Positions 26,980-37,780 of a stretch of DNA of 64,000 nt are shown here, piece after piece. The stretch is taken from the IMG/VR virus record IMGVR_UViG_3300008110_000030, positions 62,001-126,000 of that record; one strand, given 5' to 3'. The notes beneath the pieces are model-generated. The model did not search any database. It saw only the letters and a list, made by a program, of their open reading frames with translations, and was not told where the DNA came from. Position 1 is the stretch's first letter. Each line of letters opens with the position of its first letter. The translations under genes were made by a program, and so were the position numbers.

Positions 26980-29900
26980 ATGAGCATTCAATACATAAAC
27001 ATTGGTTCTAACGCAAATGATGGTACTGGCGATGATTTACGCACTGCGTTTTTAAAAGTAAATGATAATTTTCAATTACTTGCAACTATAGGTGGAGAGA
27101 CTAACGTAGGCGCTAATTTAGGTGGTGGCAGTGGGCAGGTTTACGCTGGCAAAACTAATGAGACTCTTAACTTTAGAACAATTGCTGGTGATGTCAGTTC
27201 AGGTATAACTGTAAATCAATCTGGCAATGTTATTACAATCGCTAGTAATTTTAGTGTTCCTGCATCTATTACTACATTAATATCCGACGACAACAGTGGA
27301 CAATTTACTACTACCAGTCCTGGAGCAACGTTTAGATTCAATGGAACTGGCGGTGTGACTACCAGTTTGAATGCTAATATATTAACTATTGATGGTCAAT
27401 TTACTCTGGTACAAGATACACTACCTTTATTAGGTGGTAATTTAGATTTGAACGGAAGCAATGTTGTTGGTTTAGGTAACATTAGTATTATTGGTGATAT
27501 TACCTCTGATTACTTAACTGTTGGAAGAATAGTAACTCCTGGAGTATTTCCAGCATCTGCTACTGTTAATGGTTCATTAACCGTACGTGGATCTTCAAGT
27601 TTACAGGCAGTTACTGCAACTACTATTCTTACTAACAATATTATAACTGCTCCAGGATTTACAGCAACAAGTGGAGCTTTCACTGGTAACCTTACTGGTA
27701 ATAGTACTGGCACACATTACGGCAATGTGGCTTTGAAAGTTGTTGATCCATTAGATCCTAATTATCCTGAAATAGTCATAGTTGATTCTGACACACAAAC
27801 AATAACTGGTACGCATTTTGGTACATTCAGTGGGGGAATGACTGGGTCACTAATTACTGGTGGGCTAGCATTGGATGGTAATGCTATTACTGGTCAAGGT
27901 AGAATAGAAATAACAGGATCACTAATTCCTACTAGCACTATGCCGTTTAAAGTGATTGGTAGATTCCATGGTGGCGATCAAGCTGATGGAGTTGCACCTG
28001 TATTAAGCGATGGTCCCGTTGGCGCAACTTTTTCAATGGAGCAACAACCAAATGGGTTTTCTGAACCAATTCGTTTACAGTCGTACAGTAAAAATGGAAG
28101 TAATTCGTTACCGCTAGGTCCAGGTATTAGATTTGAATCAATTAATGAAATAGATGTAACAGATCCGTTAACATACGATCCTTTAAATCCACCAACACAG
28201 CCAGAATATGTACTACATGGACATATTGGTGTGCTATCTTATAGTGACGGTGTTGAGGGATCAAATCCTGAACATAGTTCATTTGTTGCTAGAGTTAGAC
28301 ATGGCGATGCTGTAGGTGAGATGCGAGATGTAATTATTGCACGTGGTAATGATAGAGTAAGTATTACTGGTATTGACATTGATATTGCTAAAATTGGTAC
28401 AAGAATTATAGAAATTAGTCCTGGGGTCACTGGCCCAAGACCTTATGATTTAATTATTACTAATGAATCTTCAGGAAACTATATCAACTTTTATGGTGAT
28501 TATGATCCTCTCTTAGCTGAAGGCGCCGCAACTGGTCCTGGTTTTACTGGTTATAGTTTTCCAAAGGTGATTGGTGCTCCTGGTGAGGTACTGACTGTTC
28601 AATTAGGAACCAACCTACTGACATGGGCCACCCCAGGTGGCGGTGGAGGTGGAGGTGGTACAACTTTATTAAATTTAACTGACGTTCCAGACAGCTACGC
28701 TACCCATGCTGGTAAACTTTTACGAGTAAAATCAACAAGTGATGGTATTGAATTTACAAACAGTTTTGATGCCACAGTAACTGGTAGTTTAATTGGTAAT
28801 GCTGACACTGCAACTGCATTAGAAACTGCTAGAACAATTAACGGGTTTACGTTTGACGGTACTCAAAATATTACTATTGATACTAGACAAATTGAAGAAT
28901 TAAAACAACTGGCATCAAATGCCAGTCTAGTAGGCAGCAGTGGTTCTGTAGTAACAACAACTACTATTACTATTGCAGAATCTAATCTAACCATTAATGC
29001 TGGTGAGCCCTCTACTAACCAAGGTGCTCGTAAATTCCGTGTAGGAATGATAGTTAAAGGAATAGATATCCTCAATGCTGTTATTACTAATATTGCCTTA
29101 ACTGGTGGTTCAACCCCTGTTCCTAATAACGACAGAACAGTAACTCTAACAATAACATTTGACAGCCAAGTAGTGAATGCACAAACTGGTCTTAGTATCA
29201 CTGGCGAAGTTACAAATCAATGGTTTAATGATACAAAAGTTCGTGAAACCATTAGTGTTAGTCCTGGCAGTGCTCTTTCATATAACGAAACATTAGGTTT
29301 ATTTACATTGTCAGATGCAGTGTCAAGTGTTAATGACACATTGGTAAGAAGAAATAGCACTGGTGAAGTATTTCTTAAAACTGCCTATGTTACTACACTA
29401 ACAAAGAATAGTGCTGATAGTGTAATAACTGTAACAAGCCCAGTTTCTACTAATTCTGAGATAAACTCAACAGCAAACATTACCACAACAGGAACTGTTG
29501 TTGCTGGATTTATAACCTTAAATGGAGTAGGAAATCAAACCATAGCATCTAGTGCTGGTACTAGCATTATTTTACAACCAGGAACAAGTGTTGATGTAAG
29601 TGGCAAAAAGATAACGAATCTTTCAATTGCGGCTCCAACCGCAGACAGTGATGCTTCAACTAAAAAATATGTTGACGATGAAATTACAGGTCTATTTAAT
29701 GAGACGTTTCAAGAATTACCAGTGTCTGGAGATACTGGTGGAACATTAAATGTACAACGTAGTGCAATTTTCACAGTCGCTGGTAGTTCAAATATTGCTA
29801 CGGCAACAACTGGTACTGGTGTTCAGATCAATTTAAAAAGTACAATTTCTGGAATTAGCATTAGTGGAAACTTACCAGTTACAGGAAACGTAACAAGTTC

Positions 29901-30399
29901 GGGTGGATTTATAAAAGGTGGTAATGTTAAGATAGACGGAAATGCTGTTACACAAACTGTAAATGGTAGTGATTTAAATCTAGTTCCTGGAGATTTAGGT
30001 GGGTCAGTTGTAGTAAGTGGGAGCGATTTAAAACTAGTTAATAGTAGACTATTCCTTAACGGTTCTGATACAATGGAGTTTCCTCCTAATACATTAGAAC
30101 AAGATATTACGTTAGTAACAGCAACAACTTTTATTAGAACTGCTAACTGGGTTGACGATTCAGCAGGACTAGCTTATGCATCTTTGGCTAATGGTAGTCC
30201 AGGACAGATAAAAACAATTATTATGGCTAGCCGTGGTACATACGGTAATGCCTTAGATACAAGACCTAGATACTTGTTATTAAGTGGTAACATTAATGGA
30301 TCCACTAGAACAGTAAACATTGCCGCTTCTGATCCTAACGGTTCAACAACGTTCTTGTTCTTGAACAACAGTTGGTGGCGAATTGCTCATGTGGCGTAA
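26980..30399 (+). CDS. baseplate/tail-fiber protein
   Basis: Same NIGSNANDGTGDDLRTAF N-terminus, LETARTING and DASTKKYVD fiber motifs; TAAATA at 26955. Confidence 0.8.
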   Translation: MSIQYINIGSNANDGTGDDLRTAFLKVNDNFQLLATIGGETNVGANLGGGSGQVYAGKTNETLNFRTIAGDVSSGITVNQSGNVITIASNFSVPASITTLISDDNSGQFTTTSPGATFRFNGTGGVTTSLNANILTIDGQFTLVQDTLPLLGGNLDLNGSNVVGLGNISIIGDITSDYLTVGRIVTPGVFPASATVNGSLTVRGSSSLQAVTATTILTNNIITAPGFTATSGAFTGNLTGNSTGTHYGNVALKVVDPLDPNYPEIVIVDSDTQTITGTHFGTFSGGMTGSLITGGLALDGNAITGQGRIEITGSLIPTSTMPFKVIGRFHGGDQADGVAPVLSDGPVGATFSMEQQPNGFSEPIRLQSYSKNGSNSLPLGPGIRFESINEIDVTDPLTYDPLNPPTQPEYVLHGHIGVLSYSDGVEGSNPEHSSFVARVRHGDAVGEMRDVIIARGNDRVSITGIDIDIAKIGTRIIEISPGVTGPRPYDLIITNESSGNYINFYGDYDPLLAEGAATGPGFTGYSFPKVIGAPGEVLTVQLGTNLLTWATPGGGGGGGGTTLLNLTDVPDSYATHAGKLLRVKSTSDGIEFTNSFDATVTGSLIGNADTATALETARTINGFTFDGTQNITIDTRQIEELKQLASNASLVGSSGSVVTTTTITIAESNLTINAGEPSTNQGARKFRVGMIVKGIDILNAVITNIALTGGSTPVPNNDRTVTLTITFDSQVVNAQTGLSITGEVTNQWFNDTKVRETISVSPGSALSYNETLGLFTLSDAVSSVNDTLVRRNSTGEVFLKTAYVTTLTKNSADSVITVTSPVSTNSEINSTANITTTGTVVAGFITLNGVGNQTIASSAGTSIILQPGTSVDVSGKKITNLSIAAPTADSDASTKKYVDDEITGLFNETFQELPVSGDTGGTLNVQRSAIFTVAGSSNIATATTGTGVQINLKSTISGISISGNLPVTGNVTSSGGFIKGGNVKIDGNAVTQTVNGSDLNLVPGDLGGSVVVSGSDLKLVNSRLFLNGSDTMEFPPNTLEQDITLVTATTFIRTANWVDDSAGLAYASLANGSPGQIKTIIMASRGTYGNALDTRPRYLLLSGNINGSTRTVNIAASDPNGSTTFLFLNNSWWRIAHVA

Positions 30400-30402
30400 A
30401 CT

Positions 30403-33400
30403 ATGACCGTAAAACCTATTTGGATTACATCTTCTGGAAGTTTAGGAAGTTTTGAACAAAGTCAATCTATCACTCCAATTGTGTTGGAAGTGGCAAATGC
30501 CAACGAAGTAAAAATTATTTCTAAAACTTTGCCTAATGGATTAAAACTTGATTCAATAACTAAAACTATTACAGGAGTTCCACTTGACAGCGGAATTACA
30601 AAAACTTATGATTTTGTTGTTAGAGCAAGCATTGTAGATGTTGATGGCAAAGTCTATATACAAGATAGAACTTTTAACATTACGATTATTAGTAATGCAC
30701 AGCCAAGACTGTTGACTCTTCCTGGAACTATATCCGTTGGATTGAATAGAGAAAATTTTGTTTTAAATAAATCTATTGTTAATTTTCAATTTGATGCAGT
30801 AGCAAGTAGTGTACCCCCTGGACAAAAATTAAAATTTTATTTAGAAGAAAATAAAGGCGAACTTCCTCCTGGACTTAAATTATCAGAAGAAGGTCTATTA
30901 TACGGAACAATTGATGATGATCTAGAACTAGATTTTAAAGTTGTTCAAGGAACATATGATAGAGATTTTTATGACATCAATCCGTATGACTATGGTACTC
31001 CAATTGAACCAGCTAGAGGCACAACAACAGTTGCAAATGGAAAAATACAATCCGTATCGGTGACCTATGGCGGAAATGGCTATTTGCTAGATCCAAAAAT
31101 TATTGTTGGCGGCAGTGTAGATTTTAGCTCTATTGTTATTACTGATGGAGGTAGTGGTTATACTAGTGCGCCAACTGTAGTGTTTAGTAATAGTTTAACT
31201 ATTGGCGGTATCACTGCAACAGGATATGCTGAAATATCAAACGGTGCTGTTACTAACATTGTTATAACAAATCCAGGAACTGGATATGATGTTGCTCCAA
31301 CAATTATATTCAAAGATCAAAATACAGGTAGTGGAGCCAGTGCAACATGTCAGTTACAGTTAGGTTTAGATGGTGCTCTTATTTCAAGAGTTACTAACGG
31401 AACGGTTGTTGACATTGACATTGCTAATCCTGGTAGTGGATATCAAACAGCTCCTGCAATAAGTTTTGGTGCTCCAACAGCAGGATCTAGAATCATATCT
31501 AAGACTTATAAGTTTTCTTTAACAGTTGCTAATGGTGAGTTGACAGATACTAAAATTTATACTATTTTTGTAAAAAGTGAAAACTCTCTACGTGTTGATA
31601 CTACATTTATATTTTCAGACACAGTTGATTTTGACACAAGTAGAACATACATTCAGCCGCCAATTTGGATTACTCCAAATACACTGCCTATTGTAAAAGG
31701 CAATAACAATTACATATATGATTTAGAAATATTTGATCCAACTCCTACTGTAGGAAAATTATATTTTGGATTACTGGATTTTAATTTTGACGGAACTCCA
31801 AGCGAGTTTGGTCCAAGAAATAATGAGCGCAATCAGATTGCTCACAGTATAACTAATATTGATTTAGATTCCCCTGTTTTATTAACAGTAGCGCAACGAC
31901 ATACTTTTAACGACAGTGACCGAGTTAGAATATCAAATGTTGGTGGAACTACTGAGCTTAACGATGACGTATATTATGTTAAAGTAATTAATGAAACACA
32001 AGTTGCGTTATATTCTGATGTAGTATTAGTAAACCCAATTGTGGGAACATTTTTTAATGCGTATACAAGTGGTGGAACAATTAACCCAGAAGAGAACTAT
32101 TTAAAATTAGATCCTGTTGGTGGAGAAATCAACGGATTTATTCCATACCAACCAAGTGTAACAAAAACTTATACTTTTACTGTACAAATACAAAGAATTT
32201 TAGACGATGTTGAAGTAGCAAATGCGTTCAAACAATTTCAATTGACTGTAGAAGGAAATATACAAGGTGACATTAATTTTATTACTCCAACACTTGTTGG
32301 CAACTTACGACCAAACGAGCAAAGTTTATTAAAAATTGAAGCTGAGTCTACACTACCGTCTGCATCTGTAGTATACGATCTTGTTCCTGGCTATGGTAAA
32401 ACGTCTAGAGTAAATTACACTGAGTTAAACATCAGCGAATATCGTGGAAATATCCTAATTGAAAATTACGGTATCAATCCTATATTAATTTTAGAAAAAG
32501 GTCAAAGCTATAAGATTAACGTAGACCTAGATAATTTTACAGTAGGTTTTAAAAACATTGACGGTACATATTATAATAGTGGTCTTCGACACAGCACAGG
32601 TGTCGTAGGACAGGCGGCACAAGAAAAATCTAATGGATATTATATTTTTATTCCTCCATTTAATGAAACTAGTAAAATTGAGTTAGTTTATACTAACACT
32701 AAAAAAGATGGCTTATTCTTAGCATTAAAAAAATTTAATGCTGACACAAAGGAATGGGATCGTCAAATCATAAACTCTTATTTTACAGAATATGATGCTT
32801 ACACAAATTTGACTAGACAAATTAATGCTGGACAGGATGCATTTGCTGTAATTTTAGACTATACTAAAATTCAGTTTGGTATTGAAAAATACAATGCTGG
32901 CACACTAACTTGGGACCTTGTAAATATCACAACCGTAAAACCAAGTAATCCTACAGGTAGTTCATACTGGCTAGATCTTTCTGAAAGTAGTTTTGGTGTT
33001 TTAGAATTTAGATACTTTGGTCTACAGGGTCGTTGGGTACCAGTTGTTATGTCTGTTGTTACCACAATGCCAAATAACAGTGAAGGTGTCAACGGAAATT
33101 ATAAAGTACTTAACGATGTTGGTACTTATAAAGTGCTTAGAAAAATTAATGGCGTTTGGAAAATAGTACAAAGATTATCTATTGATGTTAAAACTGCGTT
33201 TGATCCAAATGTTTTCTTTAAACCAGCCACTGCTATTGTACCAGTTACAAATTTACAGTATGATGTTTGGTTCAAATATAATGCATTATATAATGGGTTA
33301 GATCAAAAGATCACAGTTAATTTAAAAACATTAGATAATCTTCCTACAGATATTTCAATTGGTCTTAGTGGTGATATTATTGGTAAGATTACTCCAACTA

Positions 33401-34644
33401 CTGGAAACACATTTAAAGGTTATTACAGTCCTAATGTGTTGTACGTGGCTAACGATGTAGTCACTTTTAATAATTCTTTATATATTTGTATAAATCAATA
33501 CAGATCTACTGGCAATTGGTATCAAGAATTAACTAATTGGAACAGTTTTGCTTATAGCAAACGTGTTGCTACAACTATTGACGTTAACAGTTATGGTGTG
33601 GCAAAATTTAGTATTCATGGTATAAATGATGATGGTACTTCTATAGACAAACTTCTAAGATTTAGAATTAGAGCTAGAGATACACAAAATGTTAGTTCTT
33701 TAGAAAAAGATTTTACTATTAATTATGAAAGCAGTACTACAACATCATTAACTAACATATACCTACAACCATTTTTAGGAAAAGAAAGTAGAGATAGATA
33801 TTTTAATTTTATCACCAATACTGACATTTTCTTATCTGATAGTTTATATAGATCAGAAGATCCAAACTTTGGAATTCAACGTGTTCCTAAAATGCTTCTT
33901 CTTGGCGGTATTGAAAATACTAAATCTGATAATTACGTCAGTGCTGTTCAAAGAAACTATTATGACAGACCGTTATACTTTGGTGACATAAAAGTTGCCA
34001 TTGCAAAAAACGAAGACAATTTAGAGTATGAAGTTATATACGTAGAAATCAACGATCCATATGAAATCAATAATGTAAGTGTGTCTGACAAAATTAAACT
34101 GTCATTTGATTATGATCCGCTTACTGTTGATTACAGCAAAATTAGAGTTGACGATACTGGTATAGTTGCAACTGATACAGGATTGGATACTATATACCCA
34201 AGTAGTATTACGCTCATGCAAGATGCGTTGAAAAATGTCATGCTTGAAAAATCTGACAGTGTTTTAGTAACTCCAACTTATGAAGATTGGGGTGGTATCA
34301 TAGGTTCAAGTTCTGATCTTGAAGATTGGGGATTAGTTGCTGAAAGAGTTTCATTAGTTGATGATTTCTTACTTGCTAGAAATAAAATAGGATTTGACGT
34401 TAAATATCGTCCACTATGGATGAATACTAGTCAAGATGGTACAGGAAATCCAGTTGGATTTGTCAAAGCAATACCAATTTGCTATGTCAAACCTGGAGAA
34501 AGTGCAAAAATACTGCGACTAATTGAAAGAAGTAAGTTTGATTTTAAAACGTTGAACTTCAAAATTGACAGGATAGTAATTCAAAATCCTCTAGGTGAAA
34601 CTGGGGATAAATATATAAAGTTTATTAACAGGGAAATTATATGA
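30403..34644 (+). CDS. large virion structural protein (baseplate-wedge-like, Ig-like and GxGY repeats)
   Basis: P.WIT..G.LG repeats, LPxGLxL Ig-like motifs, GSGY..APT repeats. Confidence 0.75.
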   Translation: MTVKPIWITSSGSLGSFEQSQSITPIVLEVANANEVKIISKTLPNGLKLDSITKTITGVPLDSGITKTYDFVVRASIVDVDGKVYIQDRTFNITIISNAQPRLLTLPGTISVGLNRENFVLNKSIVNFQFDAVASSVPPGQKLKFYLEENKGELPPGLKLSEEGLLYGTIDDDLELDFKVVQGTYDRDFYDINPYDYGTPIEPARGTTTVANGKIQSVSVTYGGNGYLLDPKIIVGGSVDFSSIVITDGGSGYTSAPTVVFSNSLTIGGITATGYAEISNGAVTNIVITNPGTGYDVAPTIIFKDQNTGSGASATCQLQLGLDGALISRVTNGTVVDIDIANPGSGYQTAPAISFGAPTAGSRIISKTYKFSLTVANGELTDTKIYTIFVKSENSLRVDTTFIFSDTVDFDTSRTYIQPPIWITPNTLPIVKGNNNYIYDLEIFDPTPTVGKLYFGLLDFNFDGTPSEFGPRNNERNQIAHSITNIDLDSPVLLTVAQRHTFNDSDRVRISNVGGTTELNDDVYYVKVINETQVALYSDVVLVNPIVGTFFNAYTSGGTINPEENYLKLDPVGGEINGFIPYQPSVTKTYTFTVQIQRILDDVEVANAFKQFQLTVEGNIQGDINFITPTLVGNLRPNEQSLLKIEAESTLPSASVVYDLVPGYGKTSRVNYTELNISEYRGNILIENYGINPILILEKGQSYKINVDLDNFTVGFKNIDGTYYNSGLRHSTGVVGQAAQEKSNGYYIFIPPFNETSKIELVYTNTKKDGLFLALKKFNADTKEWDRQIINSYFTEYDAYTNLTRQINAGQDAFAVILDYTKIQFGIEKYNAGTLTWDLVNITTVKPSNPTGSSYWLDLSESSFGVLEFRYFGLQGRWVPVVMSVVTTMPNNSEGVNGNYKVLNDVGTYKVLRKINGVWKIVQRLSIDVKTAFDPNVFFKPATAIVPVTNLQYDVWFKYNALYNGLDQKITVNLKTLDNLPTDISIGLSGDIIGKITPTTGNTFKGYYSPNVLYVANDVVTFNNSLYICINQYRSTGNWYQELTNWNSFAYSKRVATTIDVNSYGVAKFSIHGINDDGTSIDKLLRFRIRARDTQNVSSLEKDFTINYESSTTTSLTNIYLQPFLGKESRDRYFNFITNTDIFLSDSLYRSEDPNFGIQRVPKMLLLGGIENTKSDNYVSAVQRNYYDRPLYFGDIKVAIAKNEDNLEYEVIYVEINDPYEINNVSVSDKIKLSFDYDPLTVDYSKIRVDDTGIVATDTGLDTIYPSSITLMQDALKNVMLEKSDSVLVTPTYEDWGGIIGSSSDLEDWGLVAERVSLVDDFLLARNKIGFDVKYRPLWMNTSQDGTGNPVGFVKAIPICYVKPGESAKILRLIERSKFDFKTLNFKIDRIVIQNPLGETGDKYIKFINREII

Positions 34645-35258
34645 GCTCAAGCGCCATTGTTTACACAACAATTAACGAAAACTTTCCAGCCGCAGGGCAG
34701 GATAATGATTCACAAGGTTTTAGAGATAACTTTGCCAGAGTCAAAACTGCATTAGGTACAGCACAAAGTGAAATCACTTATCTAAACAATAATGCTGTTG
34801 ATAAAACACAGAATAATGACATGGGTAATAACACCCTAAGCAATGTGATTTTAAAAAATTCTGGTATCGTAAGCAACACAGCACTAACGTCTGCTGCCGC
34901 AACCAGTGTTATTTCTTTTAGTGAGTTTCAATACAGACGATACAGCTTAGGTAATAACACAAACATTTTCCAAATTGACAACTGGCCCGTAGGTTGCTAT
35001 TCTGAAATGTTTATTGAAGTTGTTTCTTCAAGCGGTACCAAACAAATTAGATTCCAAACAGGTGTTATTAATAACAGTTTAGGAACTCCAACTAAGATCA
35101 TGCATTTAGGTGCAGGATTTGGGAATAACGAGTATGTAGATTGTACTAGATTAGACGGTTCAAATAGATTACAAACATATCTATTCAAAGTTGCAACACC
35201 TGATGGCGGTGTAAACACTTACGTATCACTAGTTGACATGTTCAAACAGCAGGCTTAA
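34641..35258 (+). CDS. probable virion protein
   Basis: FPAAGQDNDSQGFRDNF N-terminus; ATGA overlap; TAAATA at 34608. Confidence 0.65.
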   Translation: MSSSAIVYTTINENFPAAGQDNDSQGFRDNFARVKTALGTAQSEITYLNNNAVDKTQNNDMGNNTLSNVILKNSGIVSNTALTSAAATSVISFSEFQYRRYSLGNNTNIFQIDNWPVGCYSEMFIEVVSSSGTKQIRFQTGVINNSLGTPTKIMHLGAGFGNNEYVDCTRLDGSNRLQTYLFKVATPDGGVNTYVSLVDMFKQQA

Positions 35259-35491
35259 TGCATCCTTTACAAGTAAACCTTGAAAATCTTACTGACAGTG
35301 AGATTGAAGATAAAATAAAAGAGCTAACCAAAAAGTACTTTGTGGTACTACAGGTTAGCCCTTCAGCGTCAACGCAAGTATTGATGCTGTTAGAAGATTA
35401 CAAAAGCGAACAATCAGCAAGAGAACACAAACGACAAAACCACAAAACAGACCTAGGTGATGAATTTGATGGTTTGATCAATATTGGTTGA
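35258..35491 (+). CDS. hypothetical protein
   Basis: TAATG coupling; 77 aa. Confidence 0.65.
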   Translation: MHPLQVNLENLTDSEIEDKIKELTKKYFVVLQVSPSASTQVLMLLEDYKSEQSAREHKRQNHKTDLGDEFDGLINIG

Positions 35492-35515
35492 CATTTTTGT
35501 AAATTCATATATAAT
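35488..35515 (+). promoter_or_regulatory. sigma70-type promoter, probably giving a leaderless transcript
   Basis: TTGACA (35488-35493), 16 bp, TATAAT (35510-35515); ATG 6 nt later with no SD. Confidence 0.7.
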
Positions 35516-35521
35516 ACTGTA

Positions 35522-36037
35522 ATGCACAGTAATCAATATGGACAAGTTTTTAGGAATGAGCAGGAAGTTCTAGACTTAATGCTACAAAATCCTAATTTAG
35601 ATATTTCCAAAATAAACTTTGAAAGCCTCGATGTCGTTAATCTGTTTAACGAGTCTGCAAATCGCTGTGGCATAAATGTAAACATACAGGCTGGAAAAGA
35701 GATTACTATTGATTTAATCGAGTTTGATAAACAAAATCAAACTGAGTGGTTTATGCCAGAAGAATACTGTCCAAATCTTTTTGAAATGCTGTTTGCCAAG
35801 TGTGATAACGATGAGAAAAGAGCAAGGGTAGATAAAGAGCTTGAACTATATATTAAGCATGGCATGGTAGAACTGCTACATTTCATGAAATACCTAGTAG
35901 ATACATTAAGGTCTAATAATGTAGTTTGGGGTGTTGGTAGAGGTTCTAGTGTAGCAAGTTATATACTATATTTGATAGGTGTTCATAAGGTTGACAGCAT
36001 TAAATATAATTTAGATATTAATGAATTTCTAAAATAA
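35522..36037 (+). CDS. stand-alone DnaE (Pol III alpha)-like fragment
   Basis: RVDKELE, YLVD, WGVGRGSSVASYILYLIGVHKVDSIKYNL..EFL match the DnaE palm segment; the ORF ends before PDxD. Confidence 0.75.
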   Translation: MHSNQYGQVFRNEQEVLDLMLQNPNLDISKINFESLDVVNLFNESANRCGINVNIQAGKEITIDLIEFDKQNQTEWFMPEEYCPNLFEMLFAKCDNDEKRARVDKELELYIKHGMVELLHFMKYLVDTLRSNNVVWGVGRGSSVASYILYLIGVHKVDSIKYNLDINEFLK

Positions 36038-36058
36038 AATTAAAAAGGAGACACTTTT

Positions 36059-36361
36059 ATGAGTGAACGAAAAATTTATAAAACTATGCAGGGAAAAATG
36101 ATTGATTTTGATGCATTACGTTTAGCAAATGAATTGACCCCAGCTATAGGCAATATGAAAGTCAATGCACGTGGGGATCAAATTGACCCTAATGGTACCA
36201 TTGTTAGAACAAGGGACGACATTGTTCAAGAACGAACCATTAAAGAAAATGCTCATATTGAGGAATTTACTGAAGACTTTGGTCCTGAACCAGAAATTAC
36301 TCCTGAAGAAGCACAAAAAATATTGTCCAAAAATAAAAAAAATAAACCTCAGGAGCAGTAA
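36059..36361 (+). CDS. hypothetical protein
   Basis: AAGGAG RBS; GNMKVNARGD motif. Confidence 0.7.
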   Translation: MSERKIYKTMQGKMIDFDALRLANELTPAIGNMKVNARGDQIDPNGTIVRTRDDIVQERTIKENAHIEEFTEDFGPEPEITPEEAQKILSKNKKNKPQEQ

Positions 36362-36724
36362 ATGACTGTTAAAGGTAAATTGCGTCCTTTGCATAACAAG
36401 GTAATGGTCACCAATATGAATTTTGGTGAGGGTAAGACTAAAACTGGTATTGTTTTAACTTCTGATGATGGTAAGAGCAGTGGTCTACATCCAAGATGGT
36501 GTCAAGTCAAGTTTGTAGGGGAAGAACAAAAAGATATCAAAGTAGGTCAGTGGCTATTGATGCAACATGGTCGTTGGACACGCGGTATAAAATATGAAGA
36601 AGAAGATGGCACTGAGATAACTCTACATATGATAGACACGGAAGGCGTCTTAGTAGTGAGCAATGAAGAACCTGAGACTGATGATTATAGAGTCAAAGTT
36701 GGGGCAATGAATTTCCAAACATAA
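36362..36724 (+). CDS. groES: GroES/gp31-like co-chaperonin
   Basis: LRPLHNKVMV, KTKTGIVL mobile loop, VG....IKVGQW. Confidence 0.75.
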   Translation: MTVKGKLRPLHNKVMVTNMNFGEGKTKTGIVLTSDDGKSSGLHPRWCQVKFVGEEQKDIKVGQWLLMQHGRWTRGIKYEEEDGTEITLHMIDTEGVLVVSNEEPETDDYRVKVGAMNFQT

Positions 36725-36725
36725 T

Positions 36726-37160
36726 ATGAATATAGATCTAAACAAATATAAACAATTCGTAGAAGCAGTTACTAGCACAGCCAGTAATGATTTGACCACA
36801 TTTATGAATCGATGTGATGAGCTAGACGGCAATTTTGATTCTAAAACAGATACACACGGTCCTGATATTAATGTGCCGTTGTTAATTACTGCATGTTTTG
36901 GACTGGCAGCTGAAGCTGGAGAATTTATTGAAGTTCCTAAGAAAATTGTCTTTCAAGGTAAACCACTTGGCGATGATGAAGTATTTCATATGAAACGTGA
37001 ACTAGGTGACGTCATGTGGTACTGGATCAATGCTTGCCGAGCATTAAATCTTGATCCTAATGAAGTTATTGCCGAAAACGTTCGAAAATTGGAATCACGC
37101 TATCCAGGCGGTAAGTTTGACGCATACTATTCCGAAAATAGAAAAGACGGAGACCTTTGA
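36726..37160 (+). CDS. MazG-like NTP pyrophosphohydrolase
   Basis: GLAAEAGEF, KRELGDVMWY, NVRKLESRYP. Confidence 0.85.
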   Translation: MNIDLNKYKQFVEAVTSTASNDLTTFMNRCDELDGNFDSKTDTHGPDINVPLLITACFGLAAEAGEFIEVPKKIVFQGKPLGDDEVFHMKRELGDVMWYWINACRALNLDPNEVIAENVRKLESRYPGGKFDAYYSENRKDGDL

Positions 37161-37201
37161 TAAAATTGTGTGTTGACATAACTTGCAATATCATTTAATA
37201 T
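37161..37201 (+). promoter_or_regulatory. sigma70-type promoter
   Basis: TAAAAT-N6-TTGACA (37173-37178), 17 bp, TAATAT (37196-37201). Confidence 0.6.
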
Positions 37202-37233
37202 TATAGTGTATACTTTTAATATGAAAGGTCAGT

Positions 37234-37641
37234 ATGTTAGCACACATTTATCGTGGAATCTTAGACATTCTTCACAATCATTATAGTCAGCTTCGAAAAA
37301 ACTTAACTGAGCATATTCGACGTTTTGATGAAACTAATTTAGAAGAAAAATTAAGTGATGTCAGTGTATACGGTTTCTGGCGTATGCTACTTGAATTAAC
37401 TTTCAACACCTATATCCATATTTGTTTGGGCGTAGGTATTTTATTGGCATTCTTACTTGTATTAGTATCTTGGCCAATTAGGGCAATCTTTGGATTGTAT
37501 TTTCACACAGTGTCTGTTAAAAATCAGATGATGTATGATATGTCTATGCAAGATAATCAAGGGGCACAAGTTAATCTGCCTAAATATAATGTTAGTGAAG
37601 GGAAGAAACAAGTTGCAAGTCCAACCAAAAGATCCAAGTAA
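37234..37641 (+). CDS. membrane protein
   Basis: AAAGGT RBS; long hydrophobic segment. Confidence 0.6.
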   Translation: MLAHIYRGILDILHNHYSQLRKNLTEHIRRFDETNLEEKLSDVSVYGFWRMLLELTFNTYIHICLGVGILLAFLLVLVSWPIRAIFGLYFHTVSVKNQMMYDMSMQDNQGAQVNLPKYNVSEGKKQVASPTKRSK

Positions 37642-37780
37642 GGGACATTTTTATGTCAGTCTTGCTAAAAGTGCTATTCGTATTGTAGCAGGCGTCTGTT
37701 TGATTACAGGCAATTTGCTAATGGCAGGTGTTTGCTTTATAATGGCAGAAGTATTAGGCATAGTTGAGGAATTAGTATGA
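37589..37780 (+). CDS. small membrane protein (start 37589 or 37613)
   Basis: HFYVSLAKSAIRI...AEVLGIVEELV hydrophobic hairpin; ATGA overlap with the next gene. Confidence 0.55.
   Translation: MLVKGRNKLQVQPKDPSKGHFYVSLAKSAIRIVAGVCLITGNLLMAGVCFIMAEVLGIVEELV

Noticed and set aside
24740-31480. GxGY..aPt repeats and a poly-Gly tract as possible diversity-generating or phase-variable elements
   Set aside because: The repeats are degenerate at DNA level and the Gly codons are mixed. No reverse transcriptase or template/variable repeat pair was seen.
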